Of a stretch of 12,203 nucleotides of DNA, positions 5,576 to 12,203 are shown one piece after another. How positions within the stretch are numbered: the stretch's first letter is position 1; every line of letters starts with the position of its first letter. Origin of the DNA: a virus (taxonomy: Duplodnaviria > Heunggongvirae > Uroviricota > Caudoviricetes). A program made the position numbers and the translations under genes. The stretch lies in IMG/VR virus record IMGVR_UViG_2693429774_000015; one strand, written 5' to 3'. A model generated the notes under the pieces. It had not been told where the DNA came from. It did not search any database and worked only from the letters and a program-made list of their open reading frames with translations.

Positions 5576-8500
5576 TAATAACCTGCGCCTGCAGGTCATT
5601 CTTAATGCGGTTGACAAACTCACCCGCCCATTCCGTGCTGCACAGGCCAGTTCGAAAGAGCTGGCTGGCGCAATTCAGAATACCCGAAACAGTCTCAAAG
5701 AACTGAATAAGCAGGCTGGCAGAATTGATGAATTTCGCAAGACGCGCTCGCAACTAGCCATAACAGCCAACAACCTGAACGCAGCCCGCGAAGAGGCGGC
5801 AAAACTCGCCACACAATTTGCTGCCACTAACAGGCCAACCGCCGCGCAGGCAAAGTTATTCAGTCAGGCCAAAACACGAGTACAGGAACTTCAGCAGACC
5901 TATAACGGCTTGTTGGGGGCGGTCCAGAGACAACGTCAGGCACTTAAAGAATCAGGGATTGATACCAGACAACTCAGTAGTGCCCAGCGTGAACTTAAGA
6001 AAAATGCTGAAGAAACAAGGCAGGCACTGGAGGGCCAGCAAAAAGCACTTAAGCGTCTGGGTGAACAACAGGCACGGATGAACGCTGCCAGAGAACAATA
6101 CTCAAGACGGCTTGAAGTGCGCGATCGCATCGCAGGAGCCGGAGCCACTACTACGGCTGCAGGGCTGGCAATGGGTGCGCCAGTGATGGCAGCAGTAAAA
6201 AACTATACCAGCATGGAAGATGCCATGAAAGGTGTGGCAAAGCAGGTCAATGGTCTGCGTGACGATAATGGCAAGCGCACTGCACGTTTTTATGAAATGC
6301 AGGATGCCATCAAGGCTGCCAGCGAACAGCTGCCGATGGAAAACGGTGCGGTGGACTTCGCTGCACTGGTTGAAGGTGGTGCGCGCATGAACGTCGCAAA
6401 CCCTGACGACAGCTGGGAAGATCAGAAACGTGACCTGCTGGCCTTCGCCAGTACGGCAGCAAAGGCGGCAACAGCCTTTGAGCTGCCAGCGGATGAACTG
6501 TCAGAAAGTCTGGGGAAAATCGCCCAGCTCTACAAAATACCTACCCGCAATATTGAACAGCTCGGCGATGCGCTGAACTATCTGGATGATAACGCCATGT
6601 CGAAAGGGGCGGACATCATTGATGTCATGCAACGTCTGGGCGGTGTGGCTGACCGTCTGGATTATCGTAAAGCGGCGGCACTGGGTTCCACCTTTCTGAC
6701 ACTGGGCGCTGCGCCGGAGGTTGCAGCCAGTGCAGCAAACGCGATGGTGCGTGAATTGTCCATTGCCACCATGCAAAGCAAGAGTTTCTTTGAAGGGATG
6801 AATCTGCTGAAACTCAATCCTGAAGTGATTGAAAAGCAGATGACAAAGGATGCGATGGGAACTATCCAGCGTGTGCTGGAGAAGGTGAACGCACTGCCGC
6901 AGGACAAGCGTCTGTCTGCCATGACCATGTTGTTTGGTAAAGAGTTTGGTGATGACGCGGCGAAACTGGCAAACAACCTTCCGGAACTGCAGCGCCAGCT
7001 AAAACTGACAGCGGGCAATGATGCGCTCGGTTCCATGCAGAAAGAATCAGACATCAACAAAGACTCACTTTCTGCTCAGTGGTTGCTGGTCAAAACCGGA
7101 GCGCAGAACACCTTCAGCAGCCTGGGTGAAACGCTGCGCCAGCCGCTGATGGATATTCTGTACACGGTGAAAAGCATCACGGGGGCGTTGCGCCGCTGGG
7201 TGGAAACTAACCCGGAACTGACAGGCACACTGATGAAAGTAGCGGCTATTGTGGCTGCGGTTACCGTAGGCCTCGGCACCTTAGCGGTGGCGCTGGCTGC
7301 AGTGCTGGGGCCGCTGGCAGTGATCCGTCTGGGATTCTCTGTGCTGGGTATCAAAACGTTACCTTCCGTTACGGCAGCAGTAACACTAACCAGCAGCGCG
7401 TTGTCCTGGCTGGCTGGCGCACCACTGGCACTGCTGCGACGCCGGCTTACTTCATCGGGTAACGCAGCGGGTTTACTTACTGCGCCGTTGTCGTCTTTGC
7501 GTCGCACGGCATCACTGACGGGAAATGTCCTGAAAACTGTAGCAGGGGCGCCGGTTGCACTATTGCGGTCTGGATTATCCGGTTTACGTGCTGTTGCTGT
7601 GATGTTTATGAATCCTCTGGCGGTACTGCGCGGTGGACTGGCTGCCGCAGGCGCGGTGCTTCGTGTGCTTGCATCTGGTCCGCTGGCGATGCTGCGCGTT
7701 GCCCTGTATGCCATATCTGGTCTGTTAGGCGCTCTGCTCAGTCCGATAGGTCTTGTGGTTACTGCACTGGCGGGCGTGGCGCTGGTTGTCTGGAAATACT
7801 GGCAACCCATCACCGCATTTCTCGGTGGCGTGGTGGAAGGATTCAAAGCGGCGGCAGGTCCCGTCAGTGCTGCATTCGAACCACTTAAGCCTGTGTTTCA
7901 GTGGATTGGCGACAAAGTGCAGGCGCTGTGGGGCTGGTTTACTGATCTACTGACGCCCGTTAAGTCGACCTCTGCCGAACTGCAGAGTGCAGCGGCAATG
8001 GGGCGGAGATTCGGGGAGGCACTGGCGGAAGGGCTGAATATGGTCATGCATCCGCTGGACTCCCTGAAATCCGGCGTTTCTTGGTTGCTGGAGAAACTCG
8101 GCATTGTCAGTAAAGAGGCTGCAAAGGCGAAACTGCCGGAAAGCGTGACGCGTCAGCAACCTGCGACGGTGAATGCAGACGGTAAAGTGATGATTCCATC
8201 GGGTGGTTTTCCGTCATGGGGATATGGCTTTGCGGGGATGTATGACAGCGGCGGCTATATCCCGCGCGGGCAGTTTGGCATCGTCGGTGAAAACGGGCCG
8301 GAAATTGTTAACGGCCCGGCAAATGTGACCAGCCGGAGAAATACAGCTGCACTGGCTGCTGTTGTTGCCGGAATGATGGGCGTTGCTGCCGCGCCAGCAG
8401 AGCTTCCACCATTGCACCCTTTGGCACTTCCCGTGAAAGGTGGAGAAGCAATTGTGAGTCGCGCAGCCACTGTGCCGCCCGTTTACAGGATTGAGGCACC

Positions 8501-8645
8501 GACGCAGATCATCATCCAGACGCAGCCAGGACAAAGTGCGCAGGATATTGCGCGGGAGGTGGCCCGCCAGCTTGATGAACGTGAACGCAGGCTGAAGGCA
8601 AAAGCCAGGAGTAACTACAGCGATCAGGGGGGATACGACGCATGA
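5568..8645 (+). CDS. T: Tail tape measure protein (P2 gpT homologue)
   Basis: 1025-aa ORF after E/E'; coiled-coil-like Q/A/R/K-rich N-terminal half, then a long Ala/Leu/Gly-rich hydrophobic repeat segment; position and size class typical of tape measure proteins. Confidence 0.9.
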   Translation: MNDNNLRLQVILNAVDKLTRPFRAAQASSKELAGAIQNTRNSLKELNKQAGRIDEFRKTRSQLAITANNLNAAREEAAKLATQFAATNRPTAAQAKLFSQAKTRVQELQQTYNGLLGAVQRQRQALKESGIDTRQLSSAQRELKKNAEETRQALEGQQKALKRLGEQQARMNAAREQYSRRLEVRDRIAGAGATTTAAGLAMGAPVMAAVKNYTSMEDAMKGVAKQVNGLRDDNGKRTARFYEMQDAIKAASEQLPMENGAVDFAALVEGGARMNVANPDDSWEDQKRDLLAFASTAAKAATAFELPADELSESLGKIAQLYKIPTRNIEQLGDALNYLDDNAMSKGADIIDVMQRLGGVADRLDYRKAAALGSTFLTLGAAPEVAASAANAMVRELSIATMQSKSFFEGMNLLKLNPEVIEKQMTKDAMGTIQRVLEKVNALPQDKRLSAMTMLFGKEFGDDAAKLANNLPELQRQLKLTAGNDALGSMQKESDINKDSLSAQWLLVKTGAQNTFSSLGETLRQPLMDILYTVKSITGALRRWVETNPELTGTLMKVAAIVAAVTVGLGTLAVALAAVLGPLAVIRLGFSVLGIKTLPSVTAAVTLTSSALSWLAGAPLALLRRRLTSSGNAAGLLTAPLSSLRRTASLTGNVLKTVAGAPVALLRSGLSGLRAVAVMFMNPLAVLRGGLAAAGAVLRVLASGPLAMLRVALYAISGLLGALLSPIGLVVTALAGVALVVWKYWQPITAFLGGVVEGFKAAAGPVSAAFEPLKPVFQWIGDKVQALWGWFTDLLTPVKSTSAELQSAAAMGRRFGEALAEGLNMVMHPLDSLKSGVSWLLEKLGIVSKEAAKAKLPESVTRQQPATVNADGKVMIPSGGFPSWGYGFAGMYDSGGYIPRGQFGIVGENGPEIVNGPANVTSRRNTAALAAVVAGMMGVAAAPAELPPLHPLALPVKGGEAIVSRAATVPPVYRIEAPTQIIIQTQPGQSAQDIAREVARQLDERERRLKAKARSNYSDQGGYDA

Positions 8646-9127
8646 TGATGGTGCTGGGATTGTACGTGTTTATGCTGCGCACTGTGCCGTATCAGGAACT
8701 GCAGTATCAACGCAGCTGGCGACATGCGGCAAACAGCCTGGTCAACCGACGTCCGTCCACGCAGTTTCTGGGACCGGACAACGATATGCTGACGCTTTCT
8801 GGTGTTCTTATGCCGGAGATAACGGGCGGCAGGCTGTCGTTGCTGGCTCTGGAGCAGATGGCAGAACAGGGAAAAGCATGGCCCCTGATTGAAGGCAGTG
8901 GCACGATTTACGGCATGTATGTGATTGAGGGACTGAATCAGACTAAAACGGAGTTTTTCCGCGATGGTATGCCGCGCCGGCTTGAGTTCACCCTGTCGCT
9001 CAAACGGGTGGATGAATCCCTGTCCGATATGTTCGGTGATCTCAGTGCGCAGCTGAATAATTTGCAGGATACGGCAACGTCTGCCTTAAGCGATATCAGT
9101 AAAACGGTGGGAGGGCTGCTGTCGTGA
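8642..9127 (+). CDS. U: Tail protein U (P2 gpU homologue)
   Basis: 161-aa ORF; start overlaps the T stop (ATGA); sequence MMMVLGLYVFM...GKAWPLIEGSGTIYGMYVI...RVDESL matches remembered P2 gpU. Confidence 0.85.
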   Translation: MMMVLGLYVFMLRTVPYQELQYQRSWRHAANSLVNRRPSTQFLGPDNDMLTLSGVLMPEITGGRLSLLALEQMAEQGKAWPLIEGSGTIYGMYVIEGLNQTKTEFFRDGMPRRLEFTLSLKRVDESLSDMFGDLSAQLNNLQDTATSALSDISKTVGGLLS

Positions 9128-10224
9128 ATTTCAGCTCTGAACTGCTTAACAAAGGCAACAAAACTCCCGCATTCAGCATCAGTATTGAGGGGAAGGATAT
9201 AACCACTGTGCTGGATAACCGCCTGATGAGTCTGACGCTGACGGACAATCGGGGCTTTGAAGCAGACCAGCTTGATCTGGAGCTGGACGACGCCGACGGA
9301 AAAATCGTGCTGCCGCGCCGTGGTGCGGTCATCACGCTGGCGCTGGGCTGGAAGGGGCAGCCACTTTTCCCGAAAGGGGCATTCACGGTGGACGAGATTG
9401 AACACACTGGCGCACCGGATCGCCTGACTATCCGGGCGCGAAGTGCTGATTTTCGTGAAACTCTGAATACCCGCCGTGAAAAGTCGTGGCACAAGACCAC
9501 CGTCGGGGAAGTGGTGAAGGAAATAGCCGTACGTCACAAGCTGAAGATGGCACTGGGTAAAGACATGTCGGATAAGCCCGTGGAGCATATAGACCAGACT
9601 AATGAGAGTGACGGCAGTTTTCTGATGCGGCTGGCGCGCCAGTACGGTGCTATTGCGTCGGTGAAAAATGGCAATCTGTTATTCATCCGGCAGGGACAGG
9701 GTAAAAGTGCCAGCGGTAAACCACTGCCGGTGATCACTATCACACGTAAGGACGGCGACAGTCACCGCTTTACCCTGGCAGATCGCGGAGCCTATACGGG
9801 CGTAATTGCCAGTTGGTTGCATACCCGCGAACCCGCGAAGAAAGAAAGCACAACGGTGAAGCGTAAGCGCAGGACTAAGAAGCAGAAGAAAGAGCCGGAA
9901 GCGAAGCAGGGCGATTACCTGGTGGGTACGGATGAAAACGTGCTGGTACTTAATCGCACTTATGCCAACCGGAGCAACGCTGAACGGGCAGCGAAAATGC
10001 AGTGGGAACGCCTGCAACGCGGCGTTGCGTCGTTCTCGCTACAACTGGCGGAAGGTCGGGCAGATCTCTACACGGAAATGCCAGTGAAAGTCAGTGGTTT
10101 TAAACAGCCGATAGATGATGCGGAATGGACCATTACGACTCTGACACATACCGTCAGCCCGGATAACGGTTTTACAACCAGTATTGAACTCGAAGTGAAG
10201 ATTGATGATCTTGAAATGGAATAA
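9124..10224 (+). CDS. D: Tail protein D (P2 gpD homologue); GTG start overlapping the U stop
   Basis: 366-aa ORF; last gene of the tail operon before ogr; GTGA start/stop overlap seen at 9124-9127. Confidence 0.85.
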   Translation: MNFSSELLNKGNKTPAFSISIEGKDITTVLDNRLMSLTLTDNRGFEADQLDLELDDADGKIVLPRRGAVITLALGWKGQPLFPKGAFTVDEIEHTGAPDRLTIRARSADFRETLNTRREKSWHKTTVGEVVKEIAVRHKLKMALGKDMSDKPVEHIDQTNESDGSFLMRLARQYGAIASVKNGNLLFIRQGQGKSASGKPLPVITITRKDGDSHRFTLADRGAYTGVIASWLHTREPAKKESTTVKRKRRTKKQKKEPEAKQGDYLVGTDENVLVLNRTYANRSNAERAAKMQWERLQRGVASFSLQLAEGRADLYTEMPVKVSGFKQPIDDAEWTITTLTHTVSPDNGFTTSIELEVKIDDLEME

Positions 10225-10256
10225 GGTGTTCTCAATATTGATATTTTGTGTATCAT

Positions 10257-10262
10257 TACAAT
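10257..10262 (+). promoter_or_regulatory. Candidate -10 hexamer (TACAAT) for the ogr promoter
   Basis: AT-rich D-ogr intergenic region with TACAAT about 30 nt upstream of the ogr ATG; no good -35 at 17 bp spacing, so weak evidence. Confidence 0.25.
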
Positions 10263-10292
10263 GATTCTGATAGCAAAGGTAGGGATCTGGAT

Positions 10293-10511
10293 ATGATGAA
10301 TTGTCCAAAGTGTGGTCATGCGGCACACACAAGGAGCAGTTTTCAAGTAACTGAAAGCACCAAAGAGCGTTACTGCCAGTGCCAAAATATTAACTGCGGG
10401 AGCACTTTTGTTACCCATGAAACAGTGGTCCGGTTTATTGTGACACCCGCACTGATTGCTACTGCTCCTCCACATCCATTGCCAGGTGGTCAGGGGCATA
10501 TGAATTTTTGA
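10293..10511 (+). CDS. ogr: Ogr/Delta-type zinc-finger late transcription activator (start chosen at the MMNCPKCG methionine, not the upstream ATG at 10248)
   Basis: MNCPKCGHAAHTRSS...KERYCQCQNINCGSTF...HPLPGGQ matches the P2 Ogr C-x2-C...C-x4-C zinc-finger pattern and length (72 aa) from memory; AGGTAGGG RBS upstream. Confidence 0.85.
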   Translation: MMNCPKCGHAAHTRSSFQVTESTKERYCQCQNINCGSTFVTHETVVRFIVTPALIATAPPHPLPGGQGHMNF

Positions 10512-10518
10512 GAAAGAG

Positions 10519-10539
10519 AACCTGCTACGGCAGGTTTTT
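10519..10539. terminator. Rho-independent terminator shared by convergent ogr and the moron gene
   Basis: AACCTGC-TACG-GCAGGTT hairpin followed by TTTTT on the plus strand, with an A-run before it; it overlaps the stop codon of the minus-strand ORF. Confidence 0.5.
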
Positions 10540-11020
10540 ATTCATCTGGGATCTCACCCGTTTCAAGAAAATGTATAAAGCCAGGCTCATCTATGATGAT
10601 TGTGCCTTTCATCCTGGCTGCCGATACTTTTGATGGGCCTGCATTGTAACCGCAACAGAGCATCTGAAGGCTTTGGGTTACAGAGGTTCTTACCGTTAAT
10701 CCTTGTTCATTCGCCTTATCAACCAATCTTTCTTTATCTGCTTTCTTAAATCCGGTAAAACACACATCGAATGTATTTTTTTTCGGACCTGACTGCTTAG
10801 TGAGATGTGAGTAGTTTTCGGGGAGGAATGACGCGCATTCCTGAATGGCTTGTTCTGGTGAATCGTACTGTTTAAGAATGCGGTCTTTTCGGAAGGTTTT
10901 TATTCGAACGGTGTTCTTACAAATGCCCTGTATATGATTTTCGCTATAACTGATGCTCTGTATAGAGTGAACACCTATACGACCATTTGCATTGATGTAA
11001 ACAAAGTGAAGTTCTTCCAT
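10538..11020 (-). CDS. Moron: hypothetical 160-aa protein with WYL-like N-terminal region (tentative) and C-terminal BRCT domain
   Basis: Intact ORF with AAGAGG RBS 7 nt before the ATG; opposite orientation to the phage late genes; visibly AT-richer than neighbours (by eye, not computed). C-terminal DVCFTGF...GLTVRTSVTQSLQMLCCGYNAGPSKVSAARMKGTIIIDEPGFIHFL follows the BRCT pattern seen in LigA C-termini; N-terminal region ends ...RIKTFRKDRI, like the R-x-F-R-x-D-R-I signature of WYL domains. Domain calls are from memory, not searched. Confidence 0.6.
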   Translation of the reverse strand: MEELHFVYINANGRIGVHSIQSISYSENHIQGICKNTVRIKTFRKDRILKQYDSPEQAIQECASFLPENYSHLTKQSGPKKNTFDVCFTGFKKADKERLVDKANEQGLTVRTSVTQSLQMLCCGYNAGPSKVSAARMKGTIIIDEPGFIHFLETGEIPDE

Positions 11021-11042
11021 GTGAAACCTCTTTGCATGATTT

Positions 11043-11085
11043 CAAGATGGCGACAGGCAAGATGGACGCAAAAGTCTGTCGCCAT
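11043..11085. repeat. Short repeat cluster in the moron/att-proximal spacer: direct repeats CAAGATGG (11043-11050, 11058-11065) and a perfect 10-bp inverted repeat ATGGCGACAG / CTGTCGCCAT (11047-11056 / 11076-11085)
   Basis: Seen directly in sequence. Confidence 0.7.
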
Positions 11086-11100
11086 TTTGCCGCCACTACC

Positions 11101-11133
11101 AAAGAAAAAGGGGCTACGCTTTCACGTAACCCC
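11101..11133 (-). terminator. Rho-independent terminator downstream of ssrA
   Basis: On the minus strand, GGGGTTACG-TGAAAG-CGTAGCCCC hairpin (one G-U pair) followed by TTTTTCTTT, about 10 nt after the tmRNA CCA end. Confidence 0.55.
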
Positions 11134-11143
11134 TTGATTTATT

Positions 11144-11506
11144 TGGTGGAGCTGGCGGGAGTTGAACCCGCGTCCGAAATTCCTACATCCTCGGTACTAC
11201 ATGCTTAGTCAGTCTTTACATTCGCTTGCCAGCTGCGGACGGACACGCCACTAACAAACTAGCCTGATTAAGTTTTAACGCTTCAACCCCAGGCAGGGCT
11301 TCCACGCGATCTCTTTTGGGTTTGACCTCTCTTGATCCCCGTCCTAAGAGCGGAGGCTAGGGAGAGAGGGCTCTAAGCAGGTTATTAAGCTGCTAAAGCG
11401 TAGTTTTCGTCGTTTGCGACTATTTTTTGCGGCTTTTTACGAGGCCAACCGCCCCTCGGCATGCACCTTGGGTTTCGCAAATCCCGTCGAATCCAGAATC
11501 AGCCCC
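11144..11506 (-). ncRNA. ssrA: tmRNA (transfer-messenger RNA, SsrA), 363 nt
   Basis: Reverse complement runs GGGGCTGATTCTGGATTCGACGGG ... GGGTTCAACTCCCGCCAGCTCCACCA and matches the E. coli tmRNA sequence as I remember it, including the tag-template region. Confidence 0.95.
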
Positions 11507-11520
11507 AATGTGTAAAGGTA

Positions 11521-11526
11521 AGTATA
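11521..11526 (-). promoter_or_regulatory. Candidate -10 hexamer (TATACT) of the ssrA promoter
   Basis: TATACT lies 14 nt upstream of the mature tmRNA 5' end on the minus strand; -35 unclear. Confidence 0.3.
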
Positions 11527-11720
11527 CCAGATTTATGAGCGCCATGACCAGCCTCAATGGCGTTATCGTTAAAGATTTAGCACCCATGTAGCCTGATTTT
11601 TATTCGATTAAGCAATGGGATGGCAACATTTGTGTCGGATGTGATAGCCAATAAGATGTTCATTCGCGCCGCCGGAGAGGGAGGCGCGGTGAGGAACTGG
11701 TCAATAATTGGAGTGCAGGT

Positions 11721-12203
11721 TTAACGGTGGGCGTTTTTCATGATACGTGCTTTATCCACCTGCCATTCGCGCTCTTTGATATCTGAACGTTTATCGTGCT
11801 GTTTCTTACCTTTGGCGACGCCGATTTTCACTTTGCACCAGGCATTTTTCCAGTACAGGGAGAGCGCCACTACGGTATAGCCTTCTCGATTGACGCGACC
11901 GTACAATGAGTCCAGTTCGCGCTGGTTGAGAAGTAACTTGCGGGTACGGGTAGGATCGCACACCACATGCGTGGAGGCCACGGCCATTGGCGTGATGTTA
12001 GCGCCAAACAGAAATGCCTCTCCGTCACGCAGAAGGACGTAGCTGTCGCTGATATTGGCTTTTCCTGCGCGCAGGGATTTAACTTCCCAGCCTTGCAGGG
12101 CAAGTCCCGCTTCGAACTCTTCTTCGATAAAGTATTCGTGACGGGCGCGCTTGTTAAGCGCGATGGTCGCTGAACCAGGTTTATGTGCTTTTTTCTTCGT
12201 CAT
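11721..12203 (-). CDS. smpB: SsrA-binding protein SmpB (complete; start codon is the last 3 bases of the window)
   Basis: 160-aa [67 protein letters not shown]... matches E. coli SmpB from memory; conserved smpB-ssrA synteny. Confidence 0.95.

Larger units (their letters stand above)
1..11143. mobile_element. P2-like prophage, right arm (tail-fibre switch, tail operon, ogr, moron); continues upstream of the window; right boundary approximate
   Basis: Gene order FI-FII-E/E'-T-U-D-ogr matches the P2 late region (established knowledge); ends next to the 3' end of ssrA, a known phage integration target. The exact att core cannot be fixed without the other prophage end. Confidence 0.85.

Noticed and set aside
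5168-5753. Minus-strand ORFs (5168-5623, 5505-5753) across E, E' and the T start
   Set aside because: Antisense to a region already packed with the E, E' and T coding frames; no support.
7076-7846. 256-aa ORF antisense to the tape measure gene
   Set aside because: Lies entirely inside the well-supported T gene on the opposite strand; Ala/Pro/Ser/Thr/Arg-rich low-complexity translation typical of antisense frames in GC-rich coding DNA; no RBS or family resemblance.
8938-9588. 216-aa ORF antisense to U and D
   Set aside because: Spans the U/D junction on the opposite strand, with no recognisable domain; most likely a chance open frame.
10248-10292. Upstream ATG at 10248 as the ogr start (would add MYHYNDSDSKGRDLD)
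   Set aside because: Ogr homologues begin at the zinc-finger motif (M-x-C-P-x-C); the AGGTAGGG RBS is positioned for the ATG at 10293; the extension is AT-rich promoter DNA.
10040-10500. Minus-strand ORFs 10039-10332 and 10068-10499 overlapping the D end, the ogr promoter and ogr
   Set aside because: Antisense to ogr and the D 3' end; Cys/His-rich translation is just the reverse complement of the zinc-finger gene and AT-rich spacer; no RBS.
11661-11690. GC-rich palindrome (CGCGCC...GGCGCG) after smpB as a terminator
   Set aside because: Short stem with a 12-nt loop and no U-tract on the smpB strand; not convincing as a rho-independent terminator.
1-12203. CRISPR arrays, rRNA or tRNA genes, IS elements or transposases
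   Set aside because: No short regularly spaced direct repeats, no tRNA-like cloverleaf other than the tmRNA, and no transposase-like ORF; the large repeats here are explained by the duplicated invertase and tfa segments.

Overview
This window is the right arm of a P2-like (peduovirus-type) prophage inserted at the 3' end of the host tmRNA gene ssrA, with host smpB just beyond, in an Escherichia-like enterobacterial chromosome. All calls rest on reading the sequence and the supplied ORF translations against remembered protein families; no searches or computations were run. Left to right: (1) a tail-fibre variation locus at 1-3244 with two different tail-fibre assembly genes, two promoterless tail-fibre C-terminal cassettes, two hix/gix/cix-like crossover sites, a truncated duplicate and an intact Gin/Pin-family DNA invertase; (2) the late tail operon FI-FII-E(E')-T-U-D with a TGT-N12-ACA Ogr-type element upstream and a T6G frameshift site for E+E'; (3) ogr; (4) an AT-richer, oppositely oriented 160-aa moron (10538-11020) between ogr and the attachment site, read as a WYL-like N-terminal region plus a C-terminal BRCT domain; (5) host ssrA and smpB. 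The best candidates for something undescribed are the WYL-like/BRCT moron and the duplicated, three-site architecture of the tail-fibre switch with its truncated invertase copy.
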